From Camelus dromedarius (taxonomy: Eukaryota), in the NCBI RefSeq assembly GCF_036321535.1, contig NC_087438.1, positions 5,706,001-5,770,000 on the forward strand: DNA of 64,000 nt. Direction: 5' to 3'. Position 1 is the first letter of the stretch, and every line of letters starts with the position of its first letter. The position numbers were made by a program, and so were the translations under genes. The notes beneath the pieces are model-generated. The model ran no database searches. It saw nothing but the letters and a program-made list of their open reading frames with translations, and was not told where the DNA came from. This document shows positions 1 to 11,822 of this stretch, piece after piece.

Positions 1-726
1 CAGAAGGTCACGTCTCTGCAGGCTTCACGAGGCGCTCCGCCGCCTCCACATCAGCAGGAAGGCTGTTTTCTCTCTTATCATCGTGGGTCCACTGAGTAGC
101 ACTTTTAATTTCCTTCTAGAACTCTTCCTTTGCATCCACAACCTGATCACAACTGGACCAGCTGTCCGGCACAAGAGGCCCGGCTTCCAGCCCGACTCAG
201 ACCCACCAGGCCTTCCTCACGAAGCTTAATCGCGTCTAGCTTTTGCTTTAAAGTGAGAGACGACTGATTCCTGCTTTCACTTGAACACTTAGAGGCGTTT
301 GTAGGGTTATTAATTGACCTCCTTTCAATATTATTAGTGTCTCAGAGGATAGGGAGGCTGGAGGGGAGGGAGAGAGGGTGGGGAAATGGCCTGTTGGTGG
401 AGCAGTCAGAACACACACGACATTTATTAAGTTTGCCATCTTATATGGGTGTGGTTCATGGGCCCCCAAACAATTACAATCCCAACACCAAAAATCACCG
501 ACCACAGATCACCACACAAATGTAATAATAATTTAAAGTTTAAAATACCGTGAGAATTACCAAAATGTGACACAGAGATACGAAGTGAGCAAATGCTGTT
601 GGAAAAATGGTACCGATAAATTTGCTTGACACAGAGTTACCACAAACCTTTATTTAGTAAAAAATAAAAAAAAAAGCAGTATCTACAAAGGGTAATAAAA
701 TAAAGCACAGCAGTGAGGCGTGCCTG
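1..726 (-). mobile_element. Tigger1 (TcMar-Tigger) DNA transposon, 5' portion, probably an internally deleted Tigger1a-type copy
   Basis: The reverse complement matches the recalled Tigger1 5' end: TIR CAGGCA(C)GCCTC ending at 726 followed by TA, ...CCATTTTTCCAACAGCATTTGCTCACTTCG..., and the decayed transposase start CCTCTAAGTGTTCAAGTGAAAG...TTAAGCTT...GAGGAAGG. Confidence 0.93.
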
Positions 727-2202
727 TATAATTTTAATCTTATAATTGCATTTTTGAATATATCAACTTATGTGAGGATTTGGATAAAGATTTTTTTAGA
801 TAAATTGATATTTTGTTGTACTAGAATATAGTAAAATTTACATGTTTGAGGCTTCTGGTTCATCAAAAATAAATATATTTTCAAATAAGTTTATAAAAAG
901 TATAATTCAAACATACAAAGCCATACATACATATAGAATCTATCTATATCTATCTCTCTCTCTATCTAATTTTCAGATAAGAGCAAAGCTTAGAGTCTTT
1001 GCTCAGGTGTGACATGTCAAGGGTCCTCCTCTCTGTCCCAAACCCTCCTCTCCTACATGCTCCAGGCTCTCGTCATCTCCCCGTGATAAACATGGTGGCA
1101 ACTCATTGTTGAATGGATTAATCCTAACTCTCATGTCTTTCAGGCGTCTTTGGCTTCCTCATTTTCTCATGAAAAATGACACTGGCCAATGACCATGATA
1201 AGTATTTATCCATATGAAGTATGTACACCACACCATGAAAAGTCAGGAGAGAAACTGACTATGGAAGCAACTGAACTGGATGGAGTGACCCTCAACCCAG
1301 AGACAAGGAAATAAAGGAAGCAAAAGCGATCTTGGGACTTGAAGAAGTAGACCCGGGGCTGTGGGGGTCTCTTTCAACTCCTTCTGTCTCTCTCTGTCTC
1401 TCTCTGGCATTCAGTTTTTTTCCTTCAAGCACAGAAAGAAATTTTCTAGGGTCAAGTGATAAATAGCAAGCTGTAGGAAAAATGAAATATGTGTACATGG
1501 TGACTCATGGCAGGGTAGGCATAGATAAGGCAGAAAAAATGTTGGAGATAAAGAATTTCAGAAATTAGATTTATGTGATTATATGAAAAAAAAAAAATCT
1601 CCCTTGCCATGCTAGAAGAAGAGGAGTCCCAGATAATAGCGAAAACCAAAGCTCACTGGTTCTATTTATTGGCAAAATAAAATACAGCCGGTGTCCCCTT
1701 GAGTGCGATTCATCCCACTGAGGAGAAGGAAGTATGCAGTCTCTGGCCTTTTACGTGCCATCTTCCCCCTACCCTCCTTTTTACTTTATTCTTCCAAACT
1801 AAATTATAAAGCTTAAGGAGGGAAGCAAAAGGGACAAGTTTCAATGCAAAACAAGGATGTTCATCCACTGTGAGTAAATGCAGCATTTACTTAAAACAAA
1901 CTGTTTTAGAGTCACTGTCCCTTCTCCCCGGCCCCAGGAGGAGAGGTCCTCGCAAGGCCCTCCTGAGGGAGCTAGAAAACGGCTTACTACAGCCTGGACT
2001 TGTTCCAGCGGCAGGAGACTGAGCCTTTTCCGAGGCAGCTCAGGGGTGTTGTGTGTAAGTCAGAGGTCCTGAGTTCCATTACACAGGGTTCTGACTTCTC
2101 TGATCCGTCTCCTCATCTGAAAGCTGGGAGAATAAGATCTACTCTGCATGTGTGCTACTGGAGTCAAATGACACAAGGTGAAGGGGAAAGATGATGAGAT
2201 GT

Positions 2203-2592
2203 GTTATGAACTACATCGCGGCTCCCAGCTTTCATGTATTGATGCTTTAACCCCCAGTACTGTATTTGGAGCCGGGACATTATGGAGATGATTAAGTTAA
2301 GTTAAAATGAGGCTGTTAGGGTGAGTCCTAATCCAGTCTGACTGACGTTCTTACCAGGAGAGGAATCTAAACCAAGAGAGACCAGGGACGCATGCGCAGA
2401 AGAAAGACCATGTGACGTCACAGCGAGAAAGCCGCATCCACGCGCCTAGGAGAGAGGTCAGAGGGGAGCCAGACCCGCCAGCACCTTGATCTTGGACTTC
2501 CCGCCTCTACAGCTGTGAGCACATAAAGTTCGGTTGTTTAAAGGCCCCCTGTCTGTGGTATTTTGTCATGGCAGCCCTAGCGAATGAATATA
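2203..2592 (+). mobile_element. MLT1B (ERVL-MaLR) solo LTR
   Basis: TGTTATG start, 'TAACCCCCAGTAC', 'AAGTTAAAATGAGG...TAGGGTG', 'ACCTTGATCTTGGACTTCC', and the 3' end 'GTCTGTGGTATTTTGTCATGGCAGCCCTAGC' match the recalled MLT1B consensus. Confidence 0.88.
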
Positions 2593-5194
2593 AGATGCAA
2601 GTCATCACACAACTACTAGAAATGATTTGAAAAATATGCACATGTGATGCGCAGTGCGACTGTGCAGGGCCCCGGTGCAGCCCCCACCTCTTCATCACCC
2701 TCTCCCCTGAGCACACCAGGCCGTCCCCAGGCATCCCAGCTTCCGATGAGCGAAATCCCCTTTGAAGGGAAACACCACTCCCACCTTCCATTTTCTTTCC
2801 TCCCCACACCCACCTGCTAGTAGCATTATCTGGACCCAAATTACCAAAAAACAATTTTACATTCTCTAGCCCCGTGAAAGCAAATGTGAAGGAGATTAAA
2901 AAGAAATGAATATTTATAAATGAAAAGGGCAGGGGTTAACCTTGCAGTAGAGTATAATTAAATATCCTTTACCTTAAAGCATTAAATATTTTGTGGGCAT
3001 TTTATGCTTTGTGAAAGTGTTACAAATGTCAATATTTATGCTATGAAATGCTAACAAAGAACACACACTATTACGATTTTTTACAGCACAATACTAATTT
3101 AAAAATAATGTCAAAATGAATTTATAATTACATGGATATGGAAATGTCTTTGCCCTGGAACTCTATAAGCCACCAAAATGTGATTTATTTTTCATTTTCC
3201 TTGCTGCCTAAAAACCTTTGAAAATTTAATCTCTGTTGTTTTTCAGAAGATGGATTACTCGGGCAGGAAAATGAGACCTTCACATCTCCTATCTGTTTCA
3301 TTTCCACTTGCATTGCCACTGACGCCTGCCCCTTTCAATAACCACTGAAAGTTCGTTATTGGCCCCCAGAACTACAGGTTTGAGTTTAAATTCTGAGCTG
3401 AGAGCAAAAACTCTCCAAAGATTGCCTTCATCCTGAGAGCTCCCACTATGCCCAAAGGCGAGTGATGTATTTTTACCCTCTTTCTGTATCACCCTTCGAG
3501 TGATGCCTTCAGAAAGTGAAGTCTATTTCAAAGCCCATTGCTCAAGTGCCAAATATTGCAGGTGTCCAGAGACCCTGCTTTGGCAATTATAATGAAACAA
3601 GACAAAAACCTAGATTGGTGCAGAGCGCTAATGGTGACTGTAATAGGCTGAACTTGCAATGCCAAACTGACAGAGCCTCCTCTAACCTGGAGGAAACTCT
3701 GGAGAAAATGGTGCCCAGCAGGGCATCCTGGGTCACACTGGCAGGGCCAGGGTGCCCCTGGTCTCCAGCTGCGGCTCCGGGCTAGGGTGTGCCCTCGAGT
3801 GAGAGGTGACTGTCCACAGCTAGGGCGGATCTTGGAGGTGCCCATCTTGGTAGCCTTCTGCCTGCCACAAGCCCATCATTGGACATTGAGTTTTCCTTGA
3901 AGGAGACCTGAAAGGCAGTCACATACTCCCCAAACTCTCCTCAACAGCCCGTAGCAGACTCTCCATCTATCTCTGCCTTCACGGAGTATGCGGCTGCTCT
4001 GCCTTCCCGCTCCTCGACTGGACAGAAAAACACCGTACTTTCTCAGTCCCCAGGTGTTGGCAACTGATGGGACCCACCCTCCTTAGAAGGCAGTGCAGGG
4101 ACCAGGCTTGAGCATTCCCTTTGGGATATCACTTCTGTACTAAACTGGCTTATCAAACACTGCATCCAACCACACACGCTGCTGTGAGAGTTCTGATAAA
4201 CCAGGTGCTCCCTGTCTTACAATCGTATGGAATAAAAACGACAGTAAGCAAAACAAATAAAGAACGGCACTTGATGAGTTTTAGTCTGTGACCAACACCA
4301 CGGGCAAATCTGTTGCAAAGGTTCCAGAAAAGGGACACGGTGACCTGGAGGTGTTAGAAATGGTCTGCAGGATTAGGACACCTGCTTCAGCTGGCAGGTA
4401 GAGCAGGGGACCCATTTCACCCTCCTGAAAGACTGATGGGCTCGGGGAGGGGGATGATAATTCTTAACAGCCAGTCTGGAATGTCTCACGAGTTCTAGAT
4501 TCTTCTGAGAAAAGCATATTTCAGAATTGTTTGGATTCTAAACATCAAAAATTAATCCTAAATTCTGGAGTCCTTTTTACCAAAGGCCAGCTCAGACCCC
4601 AGACAGGCTTCTCATGTTGACTGCAAGGACAGTCCTCTCCTCCCCAGCTTCCCAAGCACTATTTTGTCCCTGATTGGCACATACTGGCTGGGAGCACCAG
4701 GAATTTTTTTTTTTTTTTTTTAAGTGTATGCACTGAAGCCAATGAATGGTCAAAAAAAAAAAAAAATAGTAAGAAATGTTGGGTCAAAGAACGCCTTAAT
4801 TTTTAAAAAAAGGAAATGAAAAAGAAAACGTGATCTCACATCATTTAAAACAGTAGATAAATCAAGAATTAATCGGTTCCATCACATATAAAAAATACAC
4901 TTCAGTTTTACGTTGGGGTTGGGCTGGCTGTGATAGGTTTTCTGTCTGCCCATTTGGAGAATTCAAGGACTCGAGGGGATAATCACAAGTAAATAAAATT
5001 AACAGTCATGTATTCAAAAATATTAAGTTTTGAATTTTCTCATTTGTGTAAGTTACATATATATATATAACTATAGATAAAAATCTCATATAAATATATA
5101 CATACCTATAACTCATATATAAACATTTAAAATAATGTGGAGGCACAGGCAAATATATGTTATAGCATATAGCATACAGCATACATTCACGAAG

Positions 5195-6514
5195 ATTTAG
5201 GCCTATGTCAATTACTTTGACAAAGGCGCCCAGGCCATTCAGTGGGAGAAAGAATAATCTTTTCAACTAATGGTGCTGGGACACCCAGTTAGCCGCACTC
5301 AAAAGAATGAAGTTGGAACCTTACTTCACACCACATACAAACATTAACCCCAAATGAATCAATGACCTAAATGTGAAAGCTTACACTATAAACTCTCAGA
5401 ATAAAACACGGGGGTAAATCTTCACGGCTTTGGATTTGACAATAGATTCTCAGGTATAACACCAAAAGCATCATCAGCAATAAAAGAAAAAATTGACATA
5501 TTGGACGCCATCAAAATTAAAAATTTTGTACTTCAAAGGATATCATCAAGAAATTAAAAAGTCAGTCTGTAGAATGGAGAAAATATTTGAAAACTATATA
5601 TCTTATGAGAGACTTGTATCTAGAATATATTAAAAAATAACTCATAAAACTTGATGATGGAAAGGCAAATAATCCAATTATAAATGTGCAAAGGCTCTGA
5701 ATAGACACATCTCCACAGAAGACCCACCACTGGCCAATAAGGACATGAAACGATGCTTGATATCATTTTCATCAAGGAAATGCAAACCAAAACAGCAATA
5801 ACACACCATTTCACACCCTCCAGGATGACTATGATCAAAAAGTCAGGTTGTAACAAGTGTTGGGGAAGATGTGGAGAGATCAGAACTCACACATAGCTGG
5901 TGGGGATGTAAATAGTGCAATTGCTTTGGAAAAAAATCTGGAAGTTCCTCAGTTGTTTAAACATATATTTAACATACAATCCATCAATTCCACTCTTGGT
6001 TATATACCCAAGATAAATGAAATATATATCCACACAAAAACTTGTACCTGAGTGTTCATAGTAGTCATATTCAAAAGGTGGGAAAAATAAAAACAAATGA
6101 CCATCAACTGTTAACTGATAACAATAACGGATAAACAAATGTGGAAAACCCATACAAAGGAGTATTATTTGGCCATGAAAAGGAATGAAATACTGGCACA
6201 TGTTACAGCATGGGTTAACCTTGAAAATACTGTACTATGTGAAAGAGGCAGCTGAGAAATACCACATATTATGTGATTTCATTTATATGAAGTGCACAGA
6301 GTGGCTGGATCCATAGAAATAGGTGTTTAATGGCTGCTTAGGGCTGAGGGAGCTGTGAGGGGCAATGACTAGAGGGTGCATGGTTTTTCCTGGATGTAAT
6401 GAAAGATTTGACTCTGATGAGGATTGCTCACATCTGTGAGTACTGAAAGTGGGTGAATTTGTGGCATGTGAATTAGATCTTTTTAAAGAACCTAAAGAAA
6501 AAAGAAAAAAAAAA
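5195..6514 (+). mobile_element. LINE-1 3' fragment (end of ORF2 plus 3' UTR), L1MB7/8-like
   Basis: ORF2-end motifs (TTTGACAAAGG, CTTTTCAACTAATGGTGCTGGG, CTTCACACCACATACAAA, AATTCCACTCTTGGTTATATACCCAA), an L1MB-type 3' UTR (GGGTGAATTTGTGGCATGTGAATTA) and an A-rich tail at about 6490-6514. Multiple stops and frameshifts. Confidence 0.88.
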
Positions 6515-6959
6515 GTATGGTGACAAATACCAATTCTACATCTGGTAAGAAAGTTGCTATTTCTTCAAAACCAACAGAACAAAGGGAAAGAATTCAGGAT
6601 TTATTTGTAAGCTTTTCTGGACATTGACTAGGGTTTTTGAAAATACTGACCTGATAAGATTACACTTCTAAAACTATCTCCAGAATAACATTTTAGAGGA
6701 AATGTAAAGGAAAATGAAACAAGAATTCATGACCACAGTTTAGTCATATGCATTTACAGTGGGATACACCTGGTTGCATGACCCAAGGACCCTTGAGTAT
6801 TGAATTTGGTTTTAGGTTGACCTGGATTTGGGCTGTTTCCACTTTGCTCATGGAATCAAGCAGCATTCTATTCTGGAAGAAGGAACCTTCATACCAGGTC
6901 TTAGGTGTCCCCCACAAACAATTTTTCAAAGACTTTGATCAGTAACATGGAAAGCTGGC

Positions 6960-7415
6960 ATCATGAATGAGAACCAGAAGACATAAGACAAAAGGCACAG
7001 ATCTACAGAGCCTTGGTATATTGGATTTACCAAGCAGCTTGTAAAACAACATCACTTACTCTGTTTAACAAACTAAAAGCAAAGCTTGAGAACATCCACA
7101 GTAAGTCTGACATGTCAAAATTATTACAAAAATGTTGAAAAGGAACAAAATAGAATTTCTAGAAAAATAAATGTTAGGAGAGATACACTCAGTGAAATAG
7201 TCAAAGAACATGTGTAAAAAGAGTCTTGTGTGGTATACAGTCAATAGGAAATCATCCAGAATAAAATGCATACAGGGACTAAATAAATAACATGAATAAT
7301 AGATTAAGCAACACATCAGGTACCACAAAGAGGTCTAACGCATCTTTCTATGTGAGTCATTGAGTTTCAGAAGAAGAGGAGAATGGAAGAGAGGCCATAT
7401 TTGAAGAGATAAAAT
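6960..7415 (+). mobile_element. Old LINE-1 ORF1-region fragment (L1M-type)
   Basis: A-rich sequence with ORF1-like motifs 'GAACAAAATAGAATTTCTAGAAA', 'GAGGTCTAAC...TTGAGTTTCAGAAGAAGAGGAG' and 'ATATTTGAAGAGATAA'. Confidence 0.6.
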
Positions 7416-10400
7416 AGGACTGGATGGTTAAGCTCCTTCTGGACCTCAAAGATGCTTTGCCTGGAGGAGGACTCTTTTCCTCTACTGGGCTTTGAGAAAT
7501 TGATATGATGTGCACTTAAAGAGCTTGCATTTAAAGCATCGTTGTGGCCAGTTAGCAGGTCCTTGACTCCCACTCACATAATCAACTGCAGCTATAAAGA
7601 AGAGAAATTTATTGGCAGAGTAGACATTGGGAAAAGTTTCCATATATGAATGATCTTGAAGGCCAGATGCCCAAAGTATCAACCTTGGTTGCAGGATCAT
7701 CTTGTGTTCCTATGTTCAGCTGAGTAGGGTGACTCTTAGATAACTCAGGAGTCTTTTCCAAACAGCACCGTTGGGGGTGGGAGAGAGCAGGGAGGTGTGA
7801 AGGTGAACTATTGGAGGACACAGAGGTCCCAGAAGTAGAAAAGGAGAGAGAGCTGGCTGTTTTCTTGATTTGAAGCTACCTATATTTTTATTCATACTCT
7901 AATGAATGTACCTTGGACTGACTGTAGCCTTGCATTTATTAAACATTGCTTTTTGTTATATTAATCTCTTGAATGGGATGGGGAAATAAACCCAGCAACA
8001 TCAGAGTCAGAAATGCAGTGCTGTTGCAAAACAGGAGCTGTGCTTGCTGCTGTTTTAAAGTACGACTCCTCAGGGAGTTCCTGCCTTTAAAAACGTCACC
8101 AGTATTCTGATCTGAAGCAGAAAAGTGAACCACAACAGTATTTTTAAGTCAGAGACAAGGGCTGAATTCATTTACACCAACAGAACTTAGATCTTACTAG
8201 AAAGTATTGGAGTATATTTCCTTAAAGTAAATTATTTTAAAATATCCCATTAAGAATGTTTAATACATGAAGGTGAATGAGAATTAATAGCTTCTTTGGG
8301 TCTCGTTCTTAAGCATATGAGGTGAGAATGTGAACAATCTTTTATTCTTCACTGTTGAGTAAGGCAAGGCCAAGATTATCTGAAATACTGCTACAAAGTG
8401 CCAGACTGTGGAATCATACACAGAAATCTCTCTTTTCTTACCGTTATCAATGAAGAACATTAGGGCACATAGGCTAAGGCTTTGTTTGGTATTTTTGACA
8501 TCTTTGATTGTCATTTTAGAATCCCTTGGGTTGGGTTGAAGGTTGCTAAAATCATCTATTACAATACATTCACCTTTATGAAAAATTAATACCTAATACC
8601 ATGTATAGTGATATTTGAAAATAAGGGAAATGGCTTTATATATAATCAGAAAAAAAGGAAGTTGTAATAATATCAGCTATAACGGTTCTAAATTGTTTCC
8701 CTGACTTAATTAGGTGAAACTGAAATAGATGGAAAACAAAAAACCTGAGGGATTATGAGAGAATGAAAATGACAGAAAACTCAGTGAAGGAAATGCTTCT
8801 CGTGGGGATGAGTCCCCTGAAGGAATAAAACGTAACTTCTCTCCAGGTCCGTCAGTGGAGCCTGACTCAGGAGCTCACTGGCCGAATGAGCCACCCTAAC
8901 GGCCCTGAGGGGAGGTGCGAGTTTACCAGTCAGACTGAAACCAACACAAAAACTGAAATAAGAGGCAGGAAAAAACCCAAAAAAACAGGAATCGAAGTTA
9001 AGAGAACTGTTTATATCCTGAAAAATGCTGAGTATAATAATTTCTTGGGTTTTTTTCCTGGTGCTCAAAAGTTCCTATTTCTGAGAAAGTCAAAGAAAGG
9101 GACTCGTGTTAAGATGTACCAGTTGCAGTACAGAAGGTTAACAAAAGGAAAGGCTCTTATCCACACCTTCTAGAAGGTTCCTGCAGCCCCTCTACAGGAG
9201 GGAAGAAAGGAAGAAAAACACACTTACAAAGAGGCAGAAAGGAAGAGAAAAAACACTCACAAAGACATTCTCAAGTGGGAACACAGGGCTAGAGACTTCG
9301 AGTTAATTATCCTTTTCTCTCTCCAACAACCATTAGAAACAGGCCGTGTTATCGTCAACTTATGATTCCGGAAACAGAAGAAATGCAACCCTGTTGAGGA
9401 CTTGGGGCAACTGATGCTCACGTCCAGAGCTGAGTCCAAGATGGTTGGCCTGGTAAGCCTGATTGATCTTCCAAGCAAAGCAAGCCCATAACCTGAGTGG
9501 AGGCAGCACTTTGCTCTGGGGGCCCCTGGGACATGTTCCCCATGAGGACCACATCCCTTGCCCTCCATTCGTGTCCGAGTCTCCTCCTTTCCCCTGTGGC
9601 TACAAGTCTGTGAGGAAACTGGACGTTCAGAAGCTGCAGGAGAGGCCCCTTTGCTGGCTCCGCCTGGCTTGTTGAGACAATCCTGTGGCTGACAGCACCA
9701 ATTATGGGAACTCTCTGCACTTGTCCCCACCCAGCTTCGGAGAGCCCATTCCTTCAGCCCAGCTTCCCAGCAAATGACAGGCAAGGCCGATGCTCCCGGT
9801 TCAGGAGCCCCCTCGTGGGGGGTCGGGCTGCCTGGAGGACCCTCGCCATCACAGACAGCCTTTCCCACATGGGTGGCATGATAGTGGAAATGTGTGTGCT
9901 TTAGAGAATTTAAGTACGTCTGTGGAGTCCAGCTGTCTTCACCTATACACAAACCACTCTTGCATCTCAACTGAGATTAAAGCCACACTTCGGCTGAACG
10001 GAATCAGAGCCAGGTTTTCTAGGATCCCAGTGTGCGACAGAGAGTCCTGGGAAGAACTGTTCCCATCCTGTGCTTTTCCTCTGATCGGCATTTCAATTGC
10101 TGCACAAGTAGCTGTGCTGGGGCTTCGCAGACTTACACTCAGCAATGGGTGACAGTAAGTGACCTGAGGTGACACCACTGATCCGTGGAGGGCCGGGCTG
10201 TCTGTCTTTGAGCCCCATGCTACACAACCTCATTTATTTATTCCCATGTTTCTCCAACCATCCTCTAGTACTTGAAGATTGGGTTTGGAAAATAATTTTT
10301 ATTTAGTTTCTTAAGTATCAGAGTGTTTAATTCCCATTAAACAAACAGAATAACGGACAGGAGCCCACCTCAATCACTTTCTCTATTTGTATGCAGAGGA

Positions 10401-11374
10401 AACCTCCTGTACTGGGGGCGAAGATGGAGTGAGGTGCGGCTTTGGGGAGGGGACAGTGAGGGAAGGACAGGTGATGGTGGGGCAGCGATTCAGAGAAACT
10501 GAGTTCAAGCCGAGGCCTCTCCTTTTCCAAACTGTCAATTCCCTCTCACCTTTCCCCATGTGGTGATCCCATCTCACCTCAACCAGAGGGAATTCTTCCT
10601 TTTCAGGTTTCTGGGAAACCTCCCACTCGTCTCCTTTTCATCAACCAGATTCGCCAAATAGTTCCTCTCTCTTCATCTTTTCTTCACAACCTTGCTGAGT
10701 CAACACACCAAGATGCTCAGCAGAACAAGGTGAGATACTTCTTATTGAGACACTCCAACGTTCTCTTGAGAACAGAGTGTATTTTCTGTTGGTATCCATT
10801 TAATGTGATGAGCAACCTAAGATCCAGGTGTCTTTAGATTCCGAGCCCCACCAGACGCATTTCTGCAGAGAATTCTTAGCTGCACTCCACCTGCCGAGTG
10901 CAGGACGTCTGATGAGGACATTCACTGGCCCTTCCAGGAGCGGCGCTGGCCCCCCGGGCAGCCTTCTCCAGCCGCACTGCCTGCCCAGAAGCCTCCTGTT
11001 TGGTCACAGCTCCTACTGGGGAAGTAAGAATCTTCTCATAGCCCCGTGTGATTAATACAAACCCTGCATTTCAAGCTGTCAAAGACAAACTTACCTGCTA
11101 GGAAAGCAATTCAGCCAGGAGAACTTTAATTTTCTATGAAGTCAAATTTCTAGCACATTCAGTATATTGAACGTACCTTGTACTGAAGGAAAGTAAGGGA
11201 AGAACGACTTCACTGCTCACGGTGAATCCATTACCCGCAAAGGCCAGCCACCCAGCGCGTGGGGTGGGGTTGCGCTGAGATGCTGCGAGGTGAACCTCTT
11301 GCCTCTGCGGTGGTTCCATGTGTTTGAGAGGTTGTGTTCCAAGGTTCAGCGGGGCGCATCCCTTTTGTCTTAGA

Positions 11375-11460
11375 CAAGCTTTGCCCTTCATCTTTCTATT
11401 CCCAGCAACTCGCACGTGGCCTGACCTGTAACAGACACTCAATAAATGTTTGCAAAGGAA
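11375..11460 (+). mobile_element. L2 3'-end fragment
   Basis: '...GCCTGACCTGTAACAGACACTCAATAAATGTTTG' resembles the L2 3' terminus. Confidence 0.55.
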
Positions 11461-11822
11461 GTTTGTGGAGCTATCACTTAGCAGAAGACACCACGTAATG
11501 AGTGAGTATGTACCACATGCCGAGCGCCGGGAGGTGACTTCCAGTGGAAAAGGACTGAGTTCTCTGCACCACGGTCTGATAGCTCCATAAACAAGAATCA
11601 AAATGAAACACACCTGGCATTTTCTTGTTAACTTGGCTGGCTATGCATTTTGCTGTATGCACCACGGGGCTATGATTTTTAAGCCAGACAACCAATATAT
11701 ATTGAATAACACTAATGTGTAAGTTTCTGTGCTTTAAAAAGACTTCTCCTGCATAACAAGGAAACTTGGAGAAACAGGATATCAATCACTCAAATCAACA
11801 TGATTGTGTTATAATTATAAGA

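Noticed and set aside
5620..6201. ORFs with L1 ORF2-like or hydrophobic peptides
   Set aside because: Sense and antisense translations of a dead L1 fragment.
9257..9970. Longest ORF in the window (237 aa, minus strand)
   Set aside because: No recognisable domain and no ATG start at the called position. Overlapping ORFs in several frames on both strands indicate stop-poor, GC-rich sequence rather than coding.
11563..11582. RE1/REST-like motif CTGCACCACGGTCTG
   Set aside because: Mismatches at key positions in both half-sites.
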